DNA from: Raja brachyura
Lineage: Eukaryota
Direction: 5' to 3'
Assembly: GCA_963514005.1 (NCBI GenBank)
Contig: OY740799.1
Location: forward strand, 29,202,001 to 29,266,000
Length of the DNA: 64,000 nucleotides
The notes under the pieces were generated by a model that ran no database searches, was not told the origin of the DNA, and saw only the letters and a program-made list of their open reading frames with translations. Made by a program: the position numbers and the translations under genes. Shown piece after piece: positions 12,870 through 24,836 of this stretch; positions within the stretch are counted from its first letter, which is position 1, and every line of letters starts with the position of its first letter.

Positions 12870-13215
12870 GGAGGTATAGTGACTGAGACAGTGGAGCAGC
12901 TGCCTCGCAGCTCCAATGACTCAGATTTAGTTCGGACATCTGTTGCTGCCTGGGTGGAATTTGTATATTCATCCTGTATGCATTTATTCTGGGTACTCTA
13001 GTTTCCTCACATGTCTCAAGGACTGTGGGTTGATAGGTTAATTGGATGCTGCAAATTGTCTTTAGTGTGTAACTAAGTGGTCGAATCAGGCGGGAGTTGA
13101 CGGAAATAAGGGAAGAATACAGTGGGATTGGTGTAGGATTAGTATAAATGGGTGGGTGGTGGTTATTGTGGATTCAGTGTGCTGAAGAGCACAGTAACAG
13201 GTCTAATGACTCTAT
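12870..13215 (+). mobile_element. Old diverged HE1-like SINE
   Basis: tRNA-like head (CAGTGGAGCAGCTGCCTCGCAGCTCCA), core GATAGGTTAATTGG..GCAAATTGTC and a TGACTCTA tail. Confidence 0.65.
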
Positions 13216-13259
13216 GCTGTAGTGGAAACATTGAGCAAACTGGGCTACAATTTTCATGA

Positions 13260-13600
13260 ATTAAAAAATATGGAATGTGCAAATATTTTTCTGGACTTGG
13301 CAGGGTAATTTTTCCTTGAGAGTGTGTAGAATCGGGGGTTTACAGTCTCAAAATTAAGAGTCATCCATGCAGGACAGAGAAAGGAACAATTTTTTCACCC
13401 AGAGAGTAATGAATCTTGGGAATTTTCTGCTTGAGAAGGTTGTAGAGACTCAATGGTGGAGTGCATTCCAGGTCGAGGTGAACAGATTTTTGGATGTTAA
13501 TGGAATCGTGGGGCATTGATTTGTGTAAGTGGCGTGGAGGTGAAAGGTCAGCTGTGATAATGTTTGGCAGAGCAGGTCACGGGCTATGTTGCCTCTTTTT
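13260..13600 (+). mobile_element. Old CR1 LINE 3' end
   Basis: TTTTTCACCCAGAGAGTAATGAATCTTGGGAATTTTCTGC is FFTQRV.NL.N-like. Confidence 0.65.
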
Positions 13601-14599
13601 TAGTGAATAGTAAAAAAGGTGGTTAAATTCACAGTTGGTGGAGATGATTATTGCCGAGCACTTGTAGTGCATGAATGTTACTTGGCAATCTGTATTTGTC
13701 AATTGGGAATGTAATTGAGAAATGAATTAGTCCTCCTTGTGGATAAATCATACCTGGGCAATTTCTGGATTGGTGCGCATATGTGATGAATGGATTTGCA
13801 GTACAACAACTTGGCTTGAAGCACAGCTAGTGCTGGAGCACATCGTACGCACCACAGCTGGCTGCTCGATGTGCCCATAGGCATTGTTACAATTTTCTTG
13901 GACTCATGTGATGCGACTTGGGGCGATAAAACAGATAATCTTGTGTTTATGGCAGCATGCTGTGCACACGTTTGATGTTTTATTTCCCTTTTTTACAACT
14001 ATGTCTGCCCCTTGTAAGTACGATATTCATTTTAAAGCACTTTAGAATGTTCTAAGATCATGAAAGATGCCACACAATGCAAGTAACTCATTGGAGAGCT
14101 AATATACGATGCGCTGCCATAATATTTATACATTTTTAATGACCTAGTCTATGTATCACAGGTGCACTTTGTTTATTAATTGCATGTTCCAATAATTTAT
14201 AGGATTAATATGCCCTATAGATCAAATGATTGTACATTTGATGTGAAGGTTAATCAAGAATTGCAATGTCTCATTATCTACCTTTATGTGTGACAAGAGG
14301 CTTGCCTAATATGACAGGGATGAAATATTGGTATGATTGCTAATTACAAGCAAGATTGACTTTTGTAATTAAGACACCAGCAAATAGAACAATAAACTGG
14401 ATACATTATTTATTTAATAATAAAAAGAGACAATTCTGGATATATGCAGCAGAGGGATGGGATTTAGAAAGTGGGAAACAGAGTTGATATTTCAGGTTGA
14501 TAACTTTCATTAAGACAGATCCAATCATGACAGTTTTGATGAACGGTCACTGATCTACAACATCAACTTTGCTGCTAATACTGCTAGATCTCACAGAGT

Positions 14600-15300
14600 T
14601 GTAAAGTCATGCAGCATAGAAACGATCCAATTGGCCCAACATGTCCATGATGACCGGTCAACACCTGTGACCCGAAACCTCACCCATTCCTTCTCTCCAG
14701 AGATACTGCCTGTCCCGCTGAGTTACTCCAGCTTTTTGTGTCTATCTTTGGTTAAAACCAGCATCTGCAGCTCCTTCTCAAACACCTGCCTTTACAAGTT
14801 CCTCTTACCAGCCTTTGGTCTGCAGCCTCCTGTATCTAACTGATTGAAGTTCTGGTCCAGATACTTCTTCAATGTTGTGTGAATTTCTACCTTCACCACC
14901 CCCTGAGGCAGTGCTTTCCCAATAAAACTACACTCTAGGTGGAAACATTCTTTTTCAGATCCCCTGTCAACCTCTTACCTCATAGTTTACATTTATGCCT
15001 TCCAATTTTAGACTCCTCTCCAAGGGGGAAAAATGTCCTCCTGTTTATCATATTATTTTGTATACAATCTTCTGTGCACCAAGGAAGAGAAACTCAGCCT
15101 AATAAATCTGCCAATCGTGATATAGAAATGCTCCATTTTAGATTATATCTTGGTGAACCTCCTCTGCACCTCCTTCTATGTCATTGTGATCTTCCTGCAG
15201 TTTGGCTACCAGAATGATGTGCAGTATTCTGGCTTGTGGCCTAACCATTACTCTTCCTGCTCTTATATTCTCTGCCTTGGCCAATGATGGAAAGTATCCC
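14600..15300 (-). mobile_element. Degenerate CR1 LINE with a Penelope end fragment inserted at about 14660-14785
   Basis: CR1-like sequence lies on both sides of GACCCGAAACCTCACCCATTCCTTCTCTCCAGAGAT...CCCGCTGAGTTACTCCAG. Confidence 0.65.
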
Positions 15301-16379
15301 ACTAATAGTGTGAAAGTATCCCATCAATGCACATTAGTTCTCGAGTGCAAGTCTGCATTACCATAGTTGTAATGTTTGGTCTTTTATCTCGTGCTCATGG
15401 TTATTTCATGTGGGGTGACTCAAACCATTGAATTTTGAGAAACTGATTTTTGTGATGGCGGGGATGTCGAGGAAGCTGCGATGGATCAACGCTTTGATAC
15501 GTTTGGTGGAACATGGTTGCAAATGCTTCAGCCTTGGCCTCAGCATCCTGCCATTCTTGAAGATTGGATGTTCTTGGAGTCTGTCCTCGTTAGCTGGTTA
15601 ATTGTCCACCACCATTCGTAACCATATAGGCTCTGATTACAACCCCTTGATGAGTTGGTTATCAAATTGCTTAGTTCTGCCTATGGCGTACTGCTACTCT
15701 TTTCTCTTTGGAATGTATTTAGTTCTGTGTTGCAGCATCTTCAGGCTGGAATCTCCATGTTTGTATGGTGAAGTACCTGCAGCTCCCAGCATGTCCTTCT
15801 GCACTCATTGAATCAAGGCTTATCCCCTGCCTTGGTGGAATTGTAAAATGAGAGAGTAATGCTGGCCTTGAGATAACAGCTTGCGGTGGTGTGTTTTTCT
15901 ACTGTGACAGATAGTCCACAGTGCCTCATTGGCACACCTTTGAGCTGCCAGATCTATTCTGAGCCTATCCTAATTCACACAATAGAAGTGCCACACAACA
16001 GAATTTAACCTTGCATGAATTAATACTTTATTGTCATGTGACAAGTCACAGTGAAATTCTTTGGTTTGCAAATAGTCATCACATAGAGGGTGCCACATTC
16101 CCCTTTGTCCCCCCCCCCCCCCCCTCTCATGGTGGTCCCCCCATGCCAGGTCCTCCATTGTTTCTTCAGCAGCAACTGAAAATAAAACAGAATTATTTCA
16201 ACATTACCATTCAATGGATCACAACTACCACTCTGATACCTATGGATAACATATTTCCCATTTACTTTTGTAGGTATTTAAATTATACGGTAAGTATTTT
16301 TGGATCCAAGTATTTTCCAACCAAGGTGTGATTGCATTAAAGTGTCTCTTCGTAGCCAGACTATCAAACCAGCTTTGTT

Positions 16380-16705
16380 GGAGTCATAGACTTGTACAAC
16401 ACGGAAATAGGTCCTTTGTCCCAACCCGTGATTGTCCACCATGATGCCCAACCAAGCTAGTCAAACTTGCTGTGGCTGGCCTGTAACTCTCTGAACCTTT
16501 AGCACGTTCTCCCTGTGACCATATTAAGTTTCTTCCCACACAACCAAAACGTATGGGTTTGTTGGTTAATTGGCCTCTAAAATAGTTGCCACCAATATGT
16601 AGGGAGTGCATGAGAAAATGGGATAACATAGAACTAGTTTAAATGGATAATCTATGTTTGGCATGGACTCAGTGGGCTGAAGAATCGGTTTCCATGTTGT
16701 ATTAC
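16380..16705. mobile_element. CR1 tail and HE1-like SINE fragments
   Basis: GAGTCATAGA...GGAAATAGGTCC tail (-) followed by a SINE core (+). Confidence 0.6.
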
Positions 16706-16707
16706 AC

Positions 16708-17110
16708 CAGGGGCTCCGTACGATTGGCAGCCCCACCAAGAGTCTGTCTTTTTTCATCATTTTTTATTTTTAGTGTCAAAAGTTTGTGTAAATGTTCTCT
16801 GGTTTGTTTTATGTGGGGGGAGGGAGGTCGGGGGAAACTTTTTCCGGTTTCTTACCTTGGCAGAAATGCAATTTTTTTTCCGGGTTGCATCTCCAGTCGC
16901 TCTGCGGCCTTCCATCGATGGAGCTGGAGGCCTCCTCGGACTGACTTGAGCCCCACCGCGGGGCGTGGACAACATCGTAGTCGATGTTTGCAACTTGCTT
17001 GCAACTTACGTCAGTCTCGGAAGAGGCTAGTCGGGAAGCTCCAACGACGCAGAGACTCGACCAACCCCGACCCAGGGGATCTGCTGAATATCGTCGGAAT
17101 TTTGTCTTTG
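16708..17110 (+). repeat. CpG-rich interspersed repeat of unknown class; second copy at about 41140-41315 (-)
   Basis: AATGTTCTCTGGTTTGTTTTATGTGGGG...GGGGGAAACTTTTTCCGGTTTCTTACCTTGGC matches the reverse complement of 41165-41250. Confidence 0.7.
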
Positions 17111-17264
17111 TTTCCGATCTCCAGCATCTGAACATTTTTATGTTATCCACTATCATGCCACTGAGCAACATGGTAATTCTAAGGTGGATTTGGCATATTT
17201 GCTCCTGCGTTTTGAATATCCAACACTGGGTTCCACATATACAGGACAGTGTCATGGAGGCTAT

Positions 17265-17357
17265 TAGTTTAGTTTAGAGATACAGCGCAGAAACAGGCCC
17301 TTTGGCCCACCGAGTCCACGCCGACCAGTGATCCCTGCACATTAACATTACACACAT
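17265..17357 (-). mobile_element. HE1 SINE 3' part, truncated
   Basis: TAGTTTAGTTTAGAGATACAGCGCAGAAACAGGCCC. Confidence 0.85.
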
Positions 17358-17360
17358 TAG

Positions 17361-17740
17361 CAGGGCTGCCAACATTGGGTGAGAGTTGGGAGAGAAATTG
17401 TAAGGGAGTGCAGCGACCAAGCCTGAGGGAGTGTAGCAAGCTGGAGGGGGAGGGGGAGGGTGTTGGAGGGGGATGTCCCCCCTACTAAGGTAGAGAACTT
17501 TTGCATTTTTTCAGCTTGAAGTTGTGCAATCTGGTGCATACTGTAGCGAGGCTTTTAACTTACACTTGAATGCAACATTTATGCTTAAATTAGATTAGGT
17601 ATGAATAAGGTTAGGCTAAATTACATTCCTAATTACATTCCACAGTAGAGCCAGGCTATGATCAACAGGTGCCACATGTGAATGACCTTAGTATATTAAT
17701 GTATGGAAATCAGATTATAATTCATGCTGTTATGCATATA
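17361..17740. mobile_element. Truncated hAT-like non-autonomous DNA transposon
   Basis: Begins CAGGGCTGCCAAC, a hAT-like terminus, where the SINE breaks off. I found no matching right TIR. Confidence 0.45.
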
Positions 17741-17791
17741 TTATATATATATATATCTATATATATATATGCATAACAGCATGAATTATAA

Positions 17792-17838
<47 letters not shown>
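17736..17838. repeat. (TA)n microsatellite tracts with an embedded fold-back
   Basis: Read directly from the sequence. Confidence 0.95.
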
Positions 17839-17841
<3 letters not shown>

Positions 17842-17919
17842 ACAAGGTGAAAATAACACCACATATTCAACCAAGTATATGGTTCAATTAAATTACGGTA
17901 TATATGTAAAACATATATA

Positions 17920-18186
17920 TGGAAACAGGCCCTTCGGCCCATCAAGTCCACACTGATCAGCAATCTACCATACACCAGTTCTATCCTACATGCCAGGGAC
18001 AATTTACATAACCCAATTAACCTACAAACCTGCGCCTCTTTCGGATGTGAGAGAAACTGGAATATCCAGAGAAAACCCATGTGGTCATAGGGAGAATGTA
18101 CAAAGTCTGTACCAACAGCACCCATAGTCAAGATCAAATCTGGGTCTGTGGTGCTGTAAGGCAGCAACTCTACCTCTGTGCCACCC
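17920..18186 (-). mobile_element. HE1-like SINE
   Basis: GGAAACAGGCCCTTCGGCCC...CCAATTAACCTACAAACC...TGTAAGGCAGCAACTCTACC. Confidence 0.85.
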
Positions 18187-18329
18187 CATTAAATTCTTTT
18201 TTCTGTAATATATTTATTTTGGTGTCACGTCAATAAAGATGAACACATGATTCTGATTTCTGTACTTAGTTGGATAACGCACATCTCCAGTCATTGCGTT
18301 TTACATCTAGTTTTCAATCTCTTCACTCT

Positions 18330-18450
18330 AAAGATCTTGACCCGAAACATCACCCATTCTTTCTCTCCAGAGATGCTGCTATCACTGTTATTCCAGCTTT
18401 TTGTGTCTATCTTCAGTTTAAACCAGCACCTGCAGTTCCTTCCTACACTC
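18330..18450 (+). mobile_element. Penelope end fragment
   Basis: GACCCGAAACATCACCCATTCTTTCTCTCCAGAGATGCTGC. Confidence 0.75.
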
Positions 18451-18644
18451 TTTGGTAAGCGAAACAGGTCCTATTCTCATAATATTAATCATCTCAACTA
18501 AGTCTTCTTCACCTCCGTTGCTGCAGAGAATACAATCCCAGTTATCAAATCTTTCTTCAAAGTGAAAAAAAAATTCCATCCCTGCCAACAACTTCATAAA
18601 TCGCCTCTGTATCCTCTCCAGAGCAATTGCACCATTTCTACAAT

Positions 18645-19066
18645 GTGTCATAGTCTTCCAGCATGGAAACGGGCCCTTCATCCCAACTTGTTCATGCAGA
18701 TCAAAATGCCCCATCTAAATAGTCCCATTGATCTGCATTTGGCCCATATCCCTTTAAACCTTTCCTGTCCACGTACCTATCCAAATATGTTTTAAATGCT
18801 GCCATTTTACCTGCCTACTTCCCCTGGCAGCCCATTCCACTAGGGACAATTTATACACACACAAAGCCAATTAACCTACATACCTGTGCGTCTTTGGAGT
18901 TTGGGAGAAAACCGAGGATCTCGGAGAAAACTTGCTCGGTCACAGGAAGAACGTACAAACTCCGTACAGACAGCACCCATAGTCGGGATCGAACCCGCTT
19001 CTTTGGCGCTGCAAGCTCTGTAAGGCAGCAACTATGAACTCTACTGCTGTGCCACCGTGACTGCCC
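18645..19066 (-). mobile_element. CR1 3' end (18645-18840) joined to an HE1 SINE (18841-19066)
   Basis: CR1 tail motifs, then TAGGGACAATTT...GGATCTCGGAGAAAAC...GCTGTGCCACCGTG. Confidence 0.8.
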
Positions 19067-20589
19067 TATTGTAGAGCATAGGAAGTGAAAAAGGAAGAGT
19101 TGATTTATTGCACTGCCAAAAAAAACTTGATGAAACAAGGATCTCTGAATTCACTCCCAACTTTGTTGAGGATCTTGTCAGAGTGCATTCGCATCACTCA
19201 GATTCTATTATATAAAATAAATAAAAATGGCGAAAATTCCAGCCGCACATCAGTGTGGTGAGCGCCTTTATTTCTCAAAATCTTTGTAGTATAAATAGCA
19301 ACGTTCCATCACAAAAGGTTGTAACAGAATAAAACAAGAATGTTTGCAGATTTTTGAATTAACCATTAAGTTTGATTGTGATGCGGTGAAGAATGTTAAA
19401 TGCTGTGGGTTGGTTTATGGGACAACAAACTGCTAATGTTTTGGGTCTAGGTAATTGGCACTGATTGATTTCTCTGATGCATTCTTAACTCAATAATTTA
19501 TTTTTAACCCATCCACCACATCCCATTGTGTCTCCGCTCTGTAAGCATGGCATGAGTGTTAGGTGGGTGTCTAAATTTGTTGGGTGAAGTGTGAAGCTTA
19601 TTATATCAGTGGCTGCTGGTACAATTTGCAACTGATTGCAAATGCAGATTTTTCTCCACTAACCCTTTTACAACATATATCGTTTCAGTTTTGGTTTACA
19701 CACATATAGTTTCAGTTTCGGATTTAGAGACACAGCATTGAAACAGGCACTTCGGCCCATTGAGTTCACACTGGGCATCCGTCACCCATTCACGCTTGTA
19801 CCATGCTATCCCACTTTTGCATCTACCAGCTGCAGGATAATTGTAATTATTCCAAGTTAATTTTTTCTTGCCATATTTGTTCCTGAAAGTGATCTTGTTT
19901 ATTATCTTTGAAATGGTGGACAGTGACATTGTTGCAATACCGTTGAAGCCTCAGTATGACTCAGTCAAAGGCAGACCACAATATTTTCTGACCAAAAGTA
20001 CACTAATTTTGCGTGTTGGGATATTGGAAAGTGGCTCTTCACGTGAGCTTGTTCTGTTCAGCTTGCGTGTTACTTAAAAAGTGGCTGCTGGACAACAATT
20101 GCAGACTCTGGAACATAAAGTAATATGCATCAGTGAACTTTAAACTTATATTTCACAGAAGCCTGAATTTCACACTGTTCAGTCGTGATTATTTATGGAT
20201 TTCTACGTTGATTCATTCAACAAAAATAGATGCTGCGTTAATATAAAAAGCATATTGGTGCAGTGGACCAAAACTTGCATGCATTAGAGCACTAAAATAT
20301 TTTTTGGTGTTAGTTCTCACTGATAAGTACATCACAACCTTTTCTCTGATTACAACTCTGCTGCAAAAAGTTTATAACAAAAATATCTGCTCTGATCCAA
20401 GCTTATCGCTACAAATTAATAGGTATTGTTGAAGGAAAGAGCTGACTGAATCTAATTCACTGAGATCCAAGTGGCTTGAGGGACTTGGCGACGTACTGAC
20501 AGGGTCATGGCTGGAAATGCTCCAGTGTTGGACCTGCACGGATGTGCATGATGCTGATTTAGTTGTTGGGATGGCTGGGGGCATTTTAA

Positions 20590-20850
20590 GAGATTAGGAG
20601 CAAGAGTGGACCATTCAACCCCTCAAGCCTGCTCTGCTATTTAATAAGATCAGAGCTGATCTGATTGCATCCTCCATTCCTCATCCCAGTCCGCCAGCGA
20701 TAACCACCAGACCCGCTTCCTTAAAAAGATTTTACTCCCTTTGCCATCAAAATATTTAAAGACTTTGCTTCCACCACCTTTTTAGTAAGAGAGTTCCAGA
20801 TTCTCAACTTTCCCCAGTGAAAACAAAATCACCCCATTTCTGTTTTAAAC
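20590..20850 (-). mobile_element. Old CR1 3' end
   Basis: TAGGAGCAAGAGTGGACCATTCAACCCCTCAAGCCTGCTCTGC...GAGAGTTCCAGA. Confidence 0.65.
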
Positions 20851-21599
20851 GGATAGTACCTTTCTTGTAAATATATCCAGTAAAATGCAAATGCACAGGG
20901 ACAACTAAAGTTAACGTTTATGGGATGGTGATTCTTTATTACAACTGCAGTTGGGGGAAATAGAAAACAAGTCTGAATTGAATGTGAAGTCAAACTCTCG
21001 ACAATGCTGTATGTACACAAGTCAGGCTGCTAACAACACTGTCCGGCAGGCATGTGGCATCTACTCATTAGGTATGTGATGTGTCACCCGTACTACTTGT
21101 CCATTATGCTATTATATTGCTGAAAAAAATTAACAAATTCATAATCCCTCGTGGACCAAGCCCGCCATTACAAAAGGCATGCTGACTCAAACAACCTTTT
21201 CAGGGCTCCTCAGTCATATTATAAATAATTAACAAACCAAAAAAAAAGAACATCTACAATGACAGAACCTGAGAAACAGGCAAGCAGATGAAAATGCACT
21301 CAAGCATTATGACAAGCAATGCAATATCAATCCTGACAGTTAGAAAGCCCTCATGGCTGATCACATTAGCTGGTACACAGCAATATTCTGGCACGTTGCG
21401 TTCCTTCAGAAACAATGAATTCACTGTTCGGTTTATCTCAGATTATGGGATATTAGTTCTTTTTACAGTATGTGGAATCTTGATATGTGGGATTAATTCA
21501 TCTGTTAAATTTGCCTTTAATATCATTGATGCTACAACCATCAAATTGTTTTCTTTACACTGAAACCAGCTATTTCAAAACAAGTTGGTTTGAGTTGAA

Positions 21600-21785
21600 G
21601 ACTGACACAAAAAGCTGGAGTAACTCAGTGTGTCAGGCAGCATCTCCGGAGAAAAGGAATAGGTGATGTTTTGGGTCGAGACCCTTCTTCAGACTGAGAT
21701 TCAGGGGAAATGGGATTGAGAGGCATAGATGGTACCTGGGTGAAATGGATGATGCAAAAAGCAACGAAAATCAAGGAAATGTGGG
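21600..21785 (-). mobile_element. Penelope end fragment
   Basis: GCTGGAGTAACTCAG...GGGTCGAGACCCTTCTTCAGACT. Confidence 0.8.
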
Positions 21786-21994
21786 CCATCTTCACTATCA
21801 GATACATTGCAATCAAGTATATTAAATTCCCTTTCCTTTTGATTGGCTGATCAATTGGTATGACATCCTTTGCATTCATTGATTTCATTGATATTTGACA
21901 CTTGGTGATATAATTTGTTGTTGAAAAACGTAATGACAGCGAAGATTCTTTGATGATGCTGGAGGTTATACACTATTGTAGAGATCAGAGCATG

Positions 21995-22710
21995 GTATGA
22001 CACAATACAATATGATACAATGGAACTTTATGTATCCCAGGAGGGAAATTAATTTGCCAACAATCATAAAAAACACAAAATACATGAAACATGAAAATAA
22101 AGTGACGAGTGATAAGGCTTTGGGGATGTGCAAAGATTGAGGGGGTGTGTAGGGGTGTGGGGGGGGGGGGGGGGGGTCAGTCTCCGTCTTAGTCTACCCC
22201 ACGACAGAAGGGGGAGGAGTTGTAAAGTTTGATAGCTACAGGGAAGAAGGATCTTGTGTGGCATTCTGTCCTGCATCTTGGTGGAACCAGTCTGTTGCTG
22301 AAGGTACACCTCAGGTTGACCAGTGTGTCATGGAGGGGGTGAGCTGTATTGTCCAGGATGCTCCACAGTTTGAGGTGCATCCTCCCCTCCAAGACCACTT
22401 CCCAAGGATCCAACTCCACCCCCAGAACGGAGCCAGCCTTCCCGATAAGTTTGCTGATCCTATGGCCGTCCGCAGCCTTCGCACTGCTGCCCCAGCACAT
22501 GGCAGCGAGGAAGATAGCACTAGCTACCACCGATTGGTAGAACATCTGCAGAATCTCACTGCAGACTTTGAAGGAGCGGAGCCTTCTCAAAAAGTACAGG
22601 TGGCTCTGTCCCTTCTTGTACAGGGCCTCAGCGCTCCTGCTCCAGTTTACTCTCCACGTACACTCCCAGGTATTTGTACTCCCTGGTAAAGTGCACATCC
22701 ACACCATCGA
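21995..22710 (-). mobile_element. Rex1/Babar LINE, 5'-truncated; RT C-terminus and 3' UTR
   Basis: ORF 22189-22707 reads LYKKGQSHLYFLRRLRSF...MFYQSVVASAIF...CWG...ILDNTAHPLH...SFFPVAIKLYN. (ATACA)n-like tail at about 22000. Confidence 0.92.
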
Positions 22711-22759
22711 TGGAGACCGGGGACAGGGGTTTTCCTCTCCCCCTAAAGTGGGGGAGAAC

Positions 22760-22985
22760 GCAAGGATTACCTGAAATTGGAGAAATCAATGTTCATACTG
22801 CTGTGATGTAAACTACCCAAGCGAAATATGAGGTGCTGCTCCTTCAATTTGCGATGGGGATGGAGGAGGCCCAGGACAGAAAGGTCAGATTCGGAATGGG
22901 AGGGGGAGTTGAAGTGCTGAGCCACCGGGAGATTATGTTGGTTAATGCAAACTGGGCGGAGGTGTTGGGGGAAGCGATCGCCAAG
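22760..22985 (-). mobile_element. Penelope-like element, GIY-YIG C-terminal fragment
   Basis: Reverse complement matches 38770-38990 (GGCGATCG...CCCGGTGGCTCAGCACTTCAACTCCCCCTCCCATTCC). Confidence 0.85.
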
Positions 22986-23534
22986 GATGTAGTCATTTAC
23001 ATTGAAAATTAAAATTCTGTTAAGTTTCAGTGAAATATTTATTCTCTTTATCAGTGGACCTGATGTTGCTGTCCTATACCCTTGCCTAGCATTTAAAAGT
23101 TATTCGATTTGTGGGGGTAAATTGAAGAATTTAAAATTTATTTATTTAAAAAAATTAGAAAACAAATTATTGATATCATCATTTGAAAATGCTGATAAAT
23201 AAATAGAAATGTTAAACAACCAAAGCAAAGTATTAAAAAAAACCCCACCCTTTTGCTCCCTAACGTCGAGCCTATAATCCCCATTGAAATCCAAAGGAAC
23301 TCAGCCCTGCACTGTCTTATCTGGAGCTGAGTTAATGTTGTGGGAGATTTAAAACTGCCATACTAACTAAAGGAGTCTACCCTGTTATCTCAGCAATTGC
23401 ACTAATGTTCAACCAAAGCGTAAGCATATTTACGTCTCAGGCAAAGTAACTGTTGACCTTGGGAGCTAACTCCCACGAGAACCTCTGAAGGGAAAGTGTA
23501 ACTCTGGTATCCAGTGATTAAGATGTCATTATGC

Positions 23535-23635
23535 AGGAGAATGGGGTTAAGATGGAAATATAGATCAGCCATGATTGAATGGCAGAGTAGGCGTGATGGG
23601 CCGAATGGCCTAATTCTGCTCCTAACACTTACGAA
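23535..23635 (+). mobile_element. CR1 3' terminus
   Basis: CAGGAGAATGGGGTT...GATCAGCCATGATTGAATGGC...GGCCGAATGGCCTAATTCTGCTCCTA. Confidence 0.8.
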
Positions 23636-24836
23636 CTTTTGAACTAGCCAAGTGGCAACTTGCATTGAAGAATTCCATCAGATGGGTTTTGATTTGTCTT
23701 TTTAAGCACAAAATGCAGTGCCAAATAAAGATGAGCTCATATTAAAACTGAGATATCACACATTAACTTAAAGAATTGATTCTTTATTTTGAAATATTCA
23801 GACCAAGAAATTGAATACAAAATATGAAATTTATCACTAAATTGTTTGAAACACAATAACTCAAATATTACACAATGGATTGCAGGATTGTGGGGGTAAT
23901 TTATGGCGGGATTTATTAGTAAATTCATGAAATTCTTGCTAATTCAGCTGATTTCCTTTAAGGCGGTGAATGCCACAAACAGCAAGCAGTTCCTGTAAAA
24001 GTGGACTGAAACACTGACAGAAACATTAGCAATTTGTGAAGTTGCTTTCTATTTTTTGAAGTAATGATGGTGAATTCTGGTAGCTTAGCTGTCTTTGCCA
24101 TTTGGAAATCTGGCCCTTTAATTTCAGCACTTGCATTCAGGAATTCATTCCAAACATTGATAATGGAAAAATGTGAATAGAATTGCTACCTTTTTCTCGG
24201 AACAAAACATGTTTATGTTCTCAGTGTAATTATAGAAACTAGTTGGATTCATGATGAAATGTAACAATTCCAGAGCAAAAGATAAACTGCTGGAATATTC
24301 AATAGGTTAAGCAACATCTGGGGAGGCCAAGGGATGTTGATGTTGCAGGTTGCCGCACTCCTTCAGGAATTGGAGCGTAGATGGAAGATGGCCAATATCT
24401 GGATGGGAGAGGCAAAATGAGACAGAGGCTGGTGGGCGATTGATAGAAGTAGATAGGAGGGAATGATGGGCAGATGGAGCCAAGTGGGTGAAGGGGAATG
24501 GAAGTATTGAAGCAGAGTATGGTAGGTGATGGTGGAAAGATAAGAAAATAAAACCTAAGATAAATGGAGCCAGGTGGGGAAAGAGAGGGGTAAGAGTAGA
24601 GACAGATGCTGGTAACAATTCCATTTTGGTATTGACTTTTTATTATAAGTGAGTCTGATATTCCATTTGCAAACATTGAATATAGTGACTTTAGGAAATT
24701 TATTTGTAGGGGTTCTTTGTTAAAGGTTCTAATTCCTTTCACAGCTCAGAAACTGGTTTTCCAAGGGGAAATTTTTCATGAAATGGTTGAGGCACACAAA
24801 CAGCCAGCCATTGGCTACTAGAAAGATTCGCTATTG

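Noticed and set aside
23958-23976. TTAAGGCGGTGAATGCCA resembles mature miR-124
   Set aside because: It lacks 4 nt overlapping the seed and has no complementary 5' arm to form a pre-miRNA hairpin.
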